Positions 41,118-52,900 of a stretch of 64,000 nt of DNA are shown here, one piece after another. The translations under genes and the position numbers were made by a program. The notes under the pieces were generated by a model that saw only the letters and a list, made by a program, of their open reading frames with translations, had not been told where the DNA came from and did no database searches. Within the stretch, counting starts at the first letter, position 1. Each line of letters opens with the position of its first letter. Source of the DNA: Octopus sinensis (Eukaryota); NCBI RefSeq assembly GCF_006345805.1, contig NC_043001.1, forward strand, positions 40,858,001-40,922,000, given 5' to 3'.

Positions 41118-41340
41118 TATATATGTGTGTGTGTTTGTGTTTGTCCTCCTAGCATTGCTTGACAACCGATGCTGGTGTGTTTACGTCCCGGTCACTTAGC
41201 AGTTATTCGGCAAAAGAGACTGATAAAATAAGTACTGGGCTTACAAAGAATAAGTCCCGGGGTCGATTTGCTCGACTAAAGGCGGTGCTCCAGCATGGCC
41301 GCAGTCAAAATGACTGAAACAAGTAAAAGAGTAAAAGAGT
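39650..41340 (+). mobile_element. Family A SINE whose internal microsatellite has expanded to about 1.3 kb
   Basis: Head at 39650-39815 and tail half at 41125-41340 both match 33377-33805. Confidence 0.9.
39817..41124. repeat. About 1.3-kb imperfect (TA)n array
   Basis: Direct reading. Confidence 0.97.
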
Positions 41341-41796
41341 ATATATAGATATGTGTATTTTTTTTTTTTTTTTATTATCTTGTGAATTAACGTATTACAT
41401 ATAATTTAAATTGTGAAATAGTTTTGTAAGACTAAATATTATCGAATAGGTAGGAATTTTTATTTGTTATATAATATTGTATTTAAATAAATACTTTTAA
41501 TAATAATTGAAACTTTGGTTAATTCTATAAATGAGTGTAATATTAAATCTATATATAAATTAATTATATAGTAGCTTTAACTAATTTGTGTGTATATATT
41601 TGAACCATTTTTCTATTTTCAATTCTTGTAGTCATAGTTTGTAGTAGTATTATGTATATAAATTAGCATGAAGTTTTTTAGTATATATTACTTAATTAGA
41701 ATAAGATTTAACTTAGATGTTTATTAAATAAATAAATAATTTAATGTATATAGATTAAATTATAGTATTTTAGCTTCACTTAATGTGTATATTATG

Positions 41797-41832
<36 letters not shown>

Positions 41833-42176
41833 CTTTAAATATTTTGATTTAATTACTTGTAATAGTTTTTTTTTCTATAAGCTAAAATATATTTTCATTC
41901 ATAAAATAAATATTTATATCTATTTATTCTAGTTTTATTTACACCACATTTTTAACAAGATAAATTTATTATAAACAATAAGTCCTGCGTATTAAGTTTA
42001 AAGGTTTAGTTAACAGAATATATTTGATAAGATATTTTGTGTTTTATTTTAAGATATATTGTTGAATTTTGTTCGATTTTTTTATTGAAAAATTACATAT
42101 TTTTATATATATATATTGATATTTTCTTATAAGATAATATACGTACATTTATTTAATTATTTTATTGTTTTTATCT

Positions 42177-42261
42177 TGGACCTGATGAGTGACTATATTT
42201 AAATTGAATTGATTTTACTGTTATCAGTTTGAAAATATAGCCACAAAACACATGTAGTCTA
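42177..42261 (+). ncRNA. Degenerate Penelope-type hammerhead motif with long helix II
   Basis: TGGAC-CTGATGA-GTGACTATATTT...AAATATAGCCAC-AAAA(for GAAA)-CACATG-TA-GTCTA. Confidence 0.55.
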
Positions 42262-42495
42262 TTTACTAATTATATATTATTTATTTATTATTTCATTCTT
42301 TATTTAGTTCTAGGTAAATGTTTTATCGTATCTTTAATTTTTTTCTATATGGTATGATTTAATTATATCATTTTTGAATTGCTACATGGTGGTTCATCTC
42401 TAATTTATATACATATATACATTTATATATATTCATGTATATATATGCATATATATAAATATATATATACATGTATATATATATATATGCATATT

Positions 42496-42843
42496 GGTGG
42501 TGACCCCCTTCCGTCAGACACTGACCATGGGTTTGCACCTAGAGAGTTACTCTCTAAGGCACAAGTCTGGGCAAGGTTGTTTTTTTTTTATGGAAGACCA
42601 GCAGTCGCCCATGCATACCGGCCTCCCCTCTCCACGTCACCGATGTTGTCCAAGGGAAAGGCAAGGGCCGATACAGCTTGGCGCCTGTGACGTCGCAACT
42701 CATTTCTACAGCTGAGTGAACTAGAGCAACGTGAAATAAAGTGTCTTGCTCAAGAACACAACACGCAGCCCGGACCGGGATTCGAGCTCACAACCTCACG
42801 ATCGTAAGCTCGACGCTCTAACCACTGAGCCACGCGCCTTCAC
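42496..42843 (-). mobile_element. Young family C tRNA-derived SINE
   Basis: ggcgcgtggctcagtggttagagcgtcgagcttacgatcgtgaggttgtgagctcgaatcccgg head with CpGs retained. Body matches 7834-8160. Confidence 0.9.
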
Positions 42844-43186
42844 TATATATGCATATATACATACATATATATATACATATATATATACAAATATATATAT
42901 ACATGTATATATATATGCATATATATATACATATATATATATATACACATATATACACACAGACATATATATACATACATATATATATACACACACACAT
43001 ATATGCATTTCCATATATACATACACACACACACACATATATGTATGTTAGCATGTATTAGTCCCATCCATGCTAGCATGGAACGCAGATATTATATGAT
43101 GATGATGATGATGATGATATAAAATATACATACATATCCAAATATATATATATACACACACACATACATACACATACATATATACA

Positions 43187-43605
43187 AGGCATAGGAGTAG
43201 CTGTCTGGTAAGAAGCTTGTTTCGCAACCACATGGTTCAGGTTCAGTCCCCCTGTGTGGCACCTTGGGCATGTATCCTCTACTATAGCCTCAGGCTGACC
43301 AAAGCTTTGTGAGTGGATATGGTAAATGGAAACTGAAAGAAGTCCATCATAGGGACATTAAACAATGATGATGATGATGTTATATATGTATGTATGTATA
43401 TATGTATTTGTGTCTGTGTTTGTCCCATCACCATCATCTGACAACCGATGTTGGTGTGTTTATGTCCTCGTAGCTTAGCAGTTCGGCATTAGAGACCAAT
43501 AATATAAGTTCTTGGCTTACAAAGAATAAGTCCTGGGGTCGATTTGTTTGACTAAAGGTGGTGCTCCAGCATGACCACATTGAAATGACTGAAACAAGTA
43601 AAAGA

Positions 43606-43608
<3 letters not shown>
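43187..43608 (+). mobile_element. Family A SINE with an embedded RTE-type (GAT)n tail fragment
   Basis: Head and tail match 33377-33805; gggacattaaacaatgatgatgatg sits in the internal microsatellite. Confidence 0.85.
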
Positions 43609-43649
<41 letters not shown>

Positions 43650-43922
43650 CATACATATGCAGTGTGTACATCACTCCCTCTATGTGTGTGTATATATATG
43701 TATGTGTGTATATATGTATGTGTAAGTGTGCATGTATATATATATATGGAAAAAAAAGTCAAGGTAGAAAATGCTAAAATAATTTTATAAAAAACATTTC
43801 AGTACCGGTTTCAGTCATTGAGACTTTTTCAACTCTAAGTACGGAAAACAATTAAATTTTAGAAAAATTAAAAGAAAAGTTTTTTTAAAAGAATATTTGC
43901 ATAGTGTTCAAATACAAGGGGC

Positions 43923-43963
<41 letters not shown>

Positions 43964-44914
43964 TATATAGTATATAGGAGAGAGAGAGAGAGAGAGAGAG
44001 AGAAATTTAATGCCAGACAGATAGAAATATGGATAGCTAGATACAGATATCAATATGCATACAAACACAGATTGGTTTTTTTAGAATTTTTATTAGTACT
44101 GAGTAAAGAATCAAACCATTTGTAGGCACACTTATGTCTATTTAGCAAACCAGCAGCAATAATGTGAAGATTGTGAATGTATGCTTTGCAGAAGAATTGC
44201 AATATATAATGTGTAGTTGGTAGCTTAGTAGAATGGAATATCATGGAACTCTTGTTGTGACTTATCTATAGAATATGTATATGGTGTGTATATTTCCTCT
44301 GGAAATGAATGTGTGATGTCACTCAATCACATATTAACAGGTGAGGAATGCTAGCACCTATCTATGGGCAAATTTCACTGTGTATTCATGTAATGATTTA
44401 CTAAGCAGAATTACTGATTCAAGCATATGAAGGCTATTGCTATTTACTTTGCATGAATAATTTGTATCAATATATTCCTTTAGTATGACAAAGTGTTGTC
44501 AATGTGAGTATTTCTATACTCTGTCTCTCAGTACCTATAATATCTGAAGGTATACTTGCTTGCATATGCAAATTTAATGTAAATCGCTCTAAAGCTCTGA
44601 AGAACTCATGAGATTTAGAACTTGGCTTTACTTTATTCACTGGGTAGGATGAAGATTACCTGGCAACCTATAAGTTAATAGTCCAAAATCTTATCCTTTC
44701 AGCCATTTCCCTCTAAAGTGTATCTATTGCAAAAGATGCTTTAGTAAATTTGTTGACATCTAGTGATATGATTACAGTTTTCTACACACTAAGACCTGTG
44801 CATTTCAGTCAAGATTATCAAAATCTGTTATCTTTTACTAGTTTCATTCAGTAGACTGAAGCCATGCTGGGGCACCACCTTGAAGAATTTAGAGTCAAAT
44901 GTATTGACTCCAGT

Positions 44915-45309
44915 ACTCTCTTTTACTTGTTTCAGTCATTTGACTGCGGCCATGCTGGAGCACCGCCTTTAATCGAGCAACTCGACCCCGGGACTTATTC
45001 TTTTGTAAGCCCAGTACTTATTATATGGGTCTCTTTTGCCGAACCGCTAAGTGACGGGGACATAAACACACCAGCATCGGTTGTCAAGCAATGCTAAGGG
45101 GACAAACACAGACACACAAACGCACACACGCATATATACATATATACAACGGGCTTCTTTCAGTTTCCGTCTACCAAATCCACTCGGAAGGCTTTGGTCA
45201 GCCCGAGGCTATAGTAGAAGACACTTGCCCAAGGTGCCATGCAGTGGGACTGAACCCGGAACCATGTGGTTGGCAAACAAGCTACTTACCACACAGCCAC
45301 TCCTGCACC
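44915..45309 (-). mobile_element. Full-length young family A SINE
   Basis: Reverse complement of 33377-33805 at high identity. Confidence 0.92.
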
Positions 45310-45319
45310 TATGTACTTT

Positions 45320-45436
45320 ATTTTTTTTAAAGCCCAGTACCTAGTCTATCATTCTCTTTTGCCAAACTGCTAAGTTATGAAGACATAAACACACCAACAC
45401 CAGTTGTCAATCGGTGGGAGAGGAGAACAAACACAG

Positions 45437-45493
<57 letters not shown>

Positions 45494-45660
45494 CACATGA
45501 TGCAATTCTTTCAGTTTCTGCCTACCAAATCCACTCACAAGGGTTTTGTCAGCCCGAGGCTATAGTAGAAGACACTTGCCCAAGGTGCTACACAGTACGA
45601 ATAAACCCAGAATCATGTGGTTGGAAAGCAAGCTTCTTCTCACACCACCATGCCTGCAGC
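45320..45660 (-). mobile_element. Family A SINE (older, tail truncated)
   Basis: cagcccgaggctatagtagaagacacttgcccaaggtgc motif and internal (TA)n. Confidence 0.82.
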
Positions 45661-46010
45661 TATCATCATCAACATTTAACATCTGTTTTCCATGCTGGCA
45701 TGGGTTGGACAGCTTCACAGGAACTAGCAAGGACAAGATCCCCCTCCAGGTTTCATTGTCTGTTTTGGCTTGGTTTCTACAGCTGAATGCTTTTCCTTAT
45801 GCCAACCACTTTAAAAAGAGTACTGGATGCCTTTTATGTGGCACCAGCACTAGTGTTTTTTTTTACATGGCACCAGCACCAGTGCTTTTTACATAGCACC
45901 AGTACCAACACTATTTATGTGGCACCGGTACCTGTACCAGTGCCTTTTAGATGGCACCAGCACAGTGCTTTTTATGTGGCACCAGCAACAGTGCCTTTTA
46001 TGTGGCACCA
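45660..46010 (-). mobile_element. Family D-like element with a minisatellite of about 26-bp units
   Basis: About 7 copies of ttttatgtggcaccagcacyagtgc at about 45830-46010. Confidence 0.75.
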
Positions 46011-46554
46011 TGCATTATTACAATGTATAGATTACACAGACTAAATTAATATGCGAATACTTCTAGTTGCCACCTAGGCATTTTAAGAGGTGTGATTAGG
46101 TAAAATTTTATAGCATTACACTGACAACACTTTATCCCAAGTAATATTTCTAGATGCTGTGTTATCTGTTCCTTACGACTGGATGGCACTGAGATGTATA
46201 GTATTTAAGTGAAGTACTTAAATATACATTAAAATGTATTTATTTGATCTCAACATCTATGATCTGGTAAGCAGTTTAAAAAATATTTCCTGAACATCAG
46301 AGGTTTTAAGGGATGGTCATTGTTGTTCTTGAGTTAGGTTTGGTCTAGAACCACCTTATCCAATATATCTTTTCCTCTTTGCATTGATTTCATACATGAA
46401 GAGAGTGAGACACATATCATTCTCAGTATTCAGTGCCAGTCTACTTCGAATAACAATCCCAGATCCAGTAACTATTCAACTGATAGATAAAGTATAGGGT
46501 TAATATTCAAATAAAAATACTTGTAATAGATTTTAATATGATATACAAGCAAAG

Positions 46555-46760
46555 GTATCGAGCTGGCAGAATTGGTAACACACTAGACAAAATGTTTGAC
46601 AGCATTTCGTCCATCTTTATGTTCTGTGTTCAAATTCCACCAAGGTCAATTTTGCCTTTCATCCTTTTGGGGTTGATAAAATGAGTACCACTAAACTACT
46701 GCTGTCAACGAAATTGACAAGCCACCTCTCCAAAAATTTCTGGCTTTGTGCCATTAATGA
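46555..46760 (+). mobile_element. Family B SINE
   Basis: cgagctggcagaattggtaacac...gttcaaattccaccaaggtcaattttgcctttcatccttttggggttgataaaatgagtacc. Confidence 0.88.
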
Positions 46761-47195
46761 TACATAAGATAGTAGTTTAAATCATATTCATTTAGCCATT
46801 TGATTTCTAATACCACAAACACAAAAAAAAAAAAAATTAACACGTTGAAGTAATTTCTGATCAATATATCTTAATCTCAGAATTGTTTTAAAGCATGAGC
46901 ACATTGGACAATTATCTGGCTGTAGGGGACCCAATATTAATTTATATATATTGTGGCTGTGCATGTAGCCCAGTATATTGCTTTGCCGCTTATAATGCTT
47001 ATATGACAGCTGTTTGGTCTGCCTGTACATACTCATTGATATTAACAGGTATTTATCTTCATATCTAATGAAAATCCAATATTTAATAAAGAGCAGAGTG
47101 TGAATAAACATGCACACCATCTAGGCAATACATCACCTGTATTTGTCATATGCTTGGATGCCTCTGCAACACAGGCATATCTGTCTGCATGCATC

Positions 47196-47455
47196 ATCAT
47201 TAATTTGCACTCATTTTTCCATACATGAGTTGGACAAGTCTTCTCCAGCACAGCAACACACCACTTGGTATGGTTCTTTGTCATTCCTTTTAGTGAAGTG
47301 AAAAACTCCTCATCAGATTTCACTTCTCATGTCCTCCCTCTTTCACAGGTTCCTTCTACTTGAATTATCTTCCCAAACCATTACCTGTCTGCACAAGTAG
47401 TCTTCTCTTTTGCATCATAAATCTAATACCCATTTTTTTATCTCAGCTCTACAAG
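47196..47455 (-). mobile_element. RTE LINE 3' end (ORF2 C-terminus plus (GAT)n tail)
   Basis: ELR*KMGIRFMMQKRRL..VEGTCERG..; ends gtgctggagaagacttgtccaactcatgtatggaaaaatgagtgcaaattaatgatgatg, similar to the family D tail. Confidence 0.7.
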
Positions 47456-48479
47456 TGTACTGGTGTGTGCATGTGCATGTGTGTGTGTATGGTGTGTCTG
47501 TGCGTGCAAGAGTGTGCAAAGTAAATCTTCGACAGGCACTATTTTCTCTGTTCGGAATCCAATTTACTGGATGCAGATTTATTTAGTGTAAGAACTTTCT
47601 GGCAATACTTGTTTAAAATTTCTCTTCTACCTCAATGAAACAAGTTTGTTCTTTGCACAACTTTAGTATGTCTGCAACAAACTGGCTAGAACCAGAAGAA
47701 GAGTAAAAAAAAACCTGGCTTTACAAGATTCTCAACAAATTAGCCAACTGTTTTATTGAAAAATTTATCTACTTTCGAAAATTATCACCAATTATATTTT
47801 CCAGTGAAACTTCAAAATGTATACCTGAAAACTCAGATTATTAGGCTATGACTACAGAAAAAAAAATAGGAAATATATAATGTGGGAAATATCATCTGCT
47901 TCAAAACCAGCTTTACGTTTCGGTTGTTTCTTAAATCTGGGTTAATTTCTGAATTTTGCTTTTCCTAACATTCCTATAAAAAAATTTATATTAATATGAT
48001 GCTAGAAAAATTTAGGAAAATTCAATAACTGTAGTGTCTAAACTCATTTCAATGTGAGGCATGGGAAACTGCTTGAAGTGTACCGCATTCAAATTAAAGA
48101 ATGTACACTGCGGTTAGCTGACTTGTTCTGAAATATCCCTTCATTTCTTCAGCATTATCTTATCAAATGTCAGGTTAGCTTTGAGAAATATAATCTATTA
48201 CACTGCCCTATCTCAGCTGCATTTAAAAATAATCAACAATATTCCCAATGTATAGAAGATCATTAACAAAATATTTCTCTGCACCCGAATGGATGTAGAG
48301 TTGTCAGAATTTCATAGCAGAACAACCAAAAATTCTATTATCAGTTTCCGGAGACACGGTACTAAACAGTATTTTCAACATTTCTTAATGTACACTTTCC
48401 TTTCGAAACTTTAGGAAATCAGTGTAGCTTAAGAAGCTATTTTTCCCCATCAACTTCAGTTTTACATTTCAAGGATATC

Positions 48480-49900
48480 TCGTTGACTATGAAGTAGCCC
48501 AGACGAATAAATAAATAAATAAATAAATAAAACTGCCAAGCGATCGGTATTTGTATGTCGCAGTTCTTCATTATTTTCTTATAAAGTCGAGAAATTAAAG
48601 CTTATTAAACGCTGTAGCATTAAAGGACATAAATGTTATAAATCTACGACTGAAGTTGGGTAAAATTTAATTAATTTATTTTACAAAAATATTAAATTAC
48701 TGAACTATCATATTTGAGAGATTTTAGCAGTGTCTTCTGTTGAATGGATATTCAAATTCTGATACAATGAAATAACAGTTCGCGATAAAAATATTTTGAA
48801 ACAACGAAATTAGAATTTATTCCGTCATCTGCAATATTTAATGTAAAAAGTGAATAATATGGATAATTATAAAGCGAACATGAATGAAATGTGTTGTTTC
48901 GTTTCTTTTTTGTTTATTTTTTTAACAGAGGCCCTTTCGAAGAAATTATTCAAGCACCTGCTGCTACTACTATGGAAACTAATAACAGTTAAGTTTGGCG
49001 GGTAATTGAGTTAAGGTTAAGAAAATAATAATCGATGGTGTACTGTCTTTCTATAATTTATCATCTTATTCGTCTGCTTGCTTTCTTCTCTATGTTAAAC
49101 AAACAAAGTACTCAAGGTGTACTTGAGTGGAGACAAACGGAAGCAAATGACGAGGAAGTTAGATAAAAGACAACGATGTAATAGACGATCCTTGGTAAGG
49201 TTGTCGTCCTTGTAGTAAGGAGTGACAAGCGTTGAAAGAAAACAAATATTAAAGGGGGAAAAGAAGCCCAAGATGGCTACTAACATCTTATATGTATATA
49301 TCGTATTCAAAAGCTTAATAGCGAATAAATGTTCAAATATAAACAAACTGGTTAACAAAAATACAGACGCAAGTAGGCGACTGATGCTGCTTTTGCGATT
49401 TGGTAGTTGCAACTAACATGCGTTAAATGTGTGTGTAATAGATATAGCTAAAGTAAAAACGTCTACTAGTATATTCACATTTGAATCAACTATATATCAC
49501 CTGTAAATATTAACAGATATCTAATGTATATTCATGAAATCCACTAATTAGACGTCAATATTTACATCAGAAAATAAATGTGTAGGCTCAGTTCACGTGT
49601 GATAAACACGGTGATCAGGATTTAAAACACTCCCTCAAAACGTATGTGTATGTTAAATGGCTTTTTTTCACAATCACTTTAGGTAAAGTTTGAATACGTG
49701 ACTAAAAATTTTGTTAACTGAAATTCCTGATCACCGTTAAGTATATATTCTGACAAATCTAGTGCTACGTCAACTATGTCACATTAATAAAAAAAAAATT
49801 AGCTAGTAGTTAAATATGTAAAACCTTGTAAGCGTAGAAAGAAAGCGTAGTATATGTAACACAATGAGTTGATTGAAAACAGGTACGTTCAATATAAAAG
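48480..49900. promoter_or_regulatory. CpG-enriched, SINE-free promoter-like island
   Basis: Visibly higher CG dinucleotide density than flanks in non-SINE sequence. ETS-like CGGAAG (about 49138), YY1-like AAGATGGC (about 49270), plus-strand donors TTG/GTAAGG (49194/5) and CAG/GTACGT (about 49881). Confidence 0.5.
49608..49737. mobile_element. 130-bp MITE-like element with 13-bp perfect TIRs
   Basis: ACGGTGATCAGGA (49608-49620) and TCCTGATCACCGT (49725-49737). Confidence 0.6.
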
Positions 49901-50280
49901 GTTCTAGAAAAATAATAAAACTCTATTAGTTTTTGACAGAAGAAAAGTAAATAAAACCATAGACTGAACCTTTTACAAAGATGGTACTGTTGGAAGGATT
50001 ACAAAAAAAGTGAGTGGGTACGTGAAAGAATTCAGATTAAAGCATAATACATGAATAAATGTATAGAGTAAGAGTTAGTTACAACTTGAGAATTTAATGA
50101 ATATGCAAGCGTAGAGAGATATCCATTAGGAGAGCGCGAACACACACACACATACACACAAAAGTATGATACATGTATGCGTGGGTGTAAATGCGTGTTT
50201 ATATGCGTGTATAACTGTTCTGTTAATAGTAGGATCAACAAAAAAGTACTCCATCCAGTGATAGAGGAATACCATTTAAT

Positions 50281-50670
50281 AGGCGCAAGCGTGGCTGTAT
50301 GGTTAAGAAGTTTGCTTCCCAACATGTGGTCTCAGGTTCAGTTTCACTGCGAAGTGCCTTGGGCAAGTGGATTTCGTAAAGAAAGAAGCTAGTCATATAT
50401 CTATATACGTGTGTGTTTGTATGCATGTTTGTGTGTACCGTTGTCGACATCATTTGATGGTTGTAAGCAAACATCACCTTCATACAAACGATGTTGTTCA
50501 TTTTGAGTTTTCCGTGAAAAACATATCTGGCAATGGGAAATATTTCCTTACTTGAAAACAAGTGAATGTTGGTGACAGGAGAGGCATCTGGTGTAGAAAA
50601 TCTGCTCTAACAAATTTTGTCTGACCCATGTAAGCATGGAAAAGCAGACGTTAAATGATGATGACGACGA
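50281..50670 (+). mobile_element. Chimeric SINE: family A head joined to a family D-like 3' module and RTE tail
   Basis: ggcgcaagcgtggctgtatggttaagaag...cttgggcaagt head; gttggtgacaggagaggcatctggtgtagaaaa; gacccatgtaagcatggaaaagcagacgttaaatgatgatg. Confidence 0.78.
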
Positions 50671-51282
50671 TATATATACATCATCATAATGATTTGACAG
50701 GATCCAAAGGACATCATGTTCCAATGTCTGCTTTGGCATGGTTTCTATGACTTGATGCCCTTCCTAACATCAATCACTATAGAATGTACTTTGTGCTCTT
50801 TTCATGAGGCCGGCATAAATGAAGGCACAAGACAAAGGAAAAAGAAGCCCACCTCAGCTGAGTGGAGTTGTAGAAGAGTGGCAGTTGCGTCACCTTTTTA
50901 TAAGCTAGATGTTTGACAGAAGGACCACACCTTGCTCCCATGTTTCAATTTTGGCATGGTTTCTATGATTTGATGCCCTTCCTAATGGCAACTACTTTAG
51001 TGAGTACTGGCTTTTAAAAAAAATTTTCTGGTACTAGCCCTAGTGAAATCATCTTGTAACTCACAATAGTAAAGATACCCCTCAACTGAGTGGGAGAATG
51101 GGAGACACAGTACTTGTTTATGCTTGGTGTTAAAAGGTTAAACTATGATGAAAGGAGCAAGAAGTGATTTATTGTTATGAAGGAGATTCATGACTACCTT
51201 GAGTGGATATGGAGTGCTTGGAGTGGTGCCACAAAGGGAGGTAAATATAGTAGTAATAACGTGCCAGACAAAAATAAAACCT

Positions 51283-51357
51283 AAATATTCCATTTGTAGC
51301 CACCCATAATCCTAGAAACCATAACATCTTACATTTGGCCAAAAAATACCTTCCAAT
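51283..51357 (+). mobile_element. 75-bp fragment of the same Penelope family as 60150-61560
   Basis: aaatattccatttgtagccacccataatcctagaaaccataacatc...aataccttccaat matches about 60550-60626. Confidence 0.8.
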
Positions 51358-51844
51358 AAGATGATGAGGAAGAGCTAAAGTATATCCTCCAAGAGTGCAT
51401 GGTTACAGCAGACTCAGACAAGATAGATAAAGGTTGCCAGAATGCATTCCTACCCCACTCATGCATTACGATTTGGAAAAATAGTGGAAGGAGAGGTAGC
51501 AGGAGATAAGTAATAAAAGTGTGGGAGAGGGAGAGGGAGATATTCTGTAAGCACAAACCAAGTGCTTTCCTCTCAATTGAGTAGAATGATACAGTGAATA
51601 GAAGAGCTGATGGGGAGAAGAGGGGGCATGGAACACGGACAGCAAGTAACAGAATAGATGGTGGGGAATGTAAAGGTATAGAATAGATAATAATCAGGGG
51701 GAATGGGATGCATCCACTATACGGTAGAAAAATGGGTACACCATCCTATTTCAACAGGTATTTTGTTAGGCTTGTATGAGAGGTTGGGTCTTCTGAAGCA
51801 TCACATATCAACAGTTCACATGGTCCATATATATTTCTTCATCA

Positions 51845-52555
51845 TACAAGGGTCAGTTGAAAAGTTTTCAACATAGTCACCTTTGCTGTCCACACATTTC
51901 TTCCAACAGTATTACAATGTTTGGATCCCAATGGTGGAGAAGCTTTCATCCTTTTGGTCAGAAAAATCATCAACAGCAGATATGACATCATTATCACTGT
52001 GATACTGCTTTCCAGCCAAGTATTTATTCATGTTAGGGAATAGATGATAGTCAGATGGGGCCAAATCAGGAGAATAGGGAAGCTGATCAACCAGTTCAAA
52101 GCTGCAGTCATGCACAGCAGACATTGAAACCAGAGACTTGTGAGCTGGAGTATTGTCCTTATAAAACCCATTTTGTCGTAACTGCCTCAGCAAGTTGACA
52201 TAGTGTGCTCCATTGATGGTGTGATTCTTTTGAAGACAGTCAATAAACACAATGCCTTTGCATTCCAAAAAATTGTCATACCTAGTTCATTGTGCTGAAT
52301 ATTCTCAACACTCTCATGGGATACACTAACAGCATTGGCTATTTGATTTATAGTCTGTCAATGATGGCAGTAGCAGAACATCCAGGCTTGGGTCATCTTC
52401 TAGACTCTCCCTTCCCTTCCTAAATTCAGCTGCCCACTTTTGCACTGTTGATAAAGCCAGAGTGTCAGAAGAGTTGAAATGAAAGCATGCAAGATTTCAC
52501 AGTTCTAGCATCACTCTTTTATAAACAGCCTTTAACTTTTTAGTCCACCTTCATA
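51845..52555 (-). mobile_element. Internally deleted mariner (DD34D) element with both TIRs
   Basis: ORF 51912-52268: ..DNTPAHKS..DQLPYSPDLAPSDYHLFPNMNKYLAGKQY. N-terminal STVQKWAAEFRKGRESLEDDP. Ends TA-caagggtcagttgaaaagtt and aactttttagtccaccttca-TA. Confidence 0.92.
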
Positions 52556-52900
52556 TCTTGATATCATTTTTCACCACTTCACCCCATGCATTTTTCAGCC
52601 TTCCTTCTACTAGTGCCACTAATTTTGAGCACTCAATACTTCCTTGAGCAACAATCATTTTCTATTTGCATCCCATGCCTATTCTATTACAGGTTTCTCT
52701 TTTACATGCTATATCTGATTCCCCTCATATTCAGTTTGTCTTTCAGTTCATTTATACTTCATCATTCATGCACACTAGCATGGCACATCCAACAAAGTAT
52801 GCTTTCATCATTTCTTTCTAGTCTTCACAAGTATTTAAGACCCATGCACTTCACACAACCATTTTGCTATGAGCCCTTGACTTTGAGGAAGAAGCCCTTT
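52556..52900 (-). mobile_element. RTE LINE ORF2 C-terminus interrupted by the mariner
   Basis: RRLERNDESILCWMCHASVHE..SINELKDKLNMRGI and (W)GEVVKND. Apparent continuation at about 51760-51844 (..gatatgtgatgcttcagaagaccc). Confidence 0.68.

Noticed and set aside
42770-42843. tRNA-like sequence with A/B boxes
   Set aside because: It continues directly into a multi-copy SINE body and has no proper acceptor stem, so it is a SINE head, not a tRNA gene. The same applies to other SINE heads.
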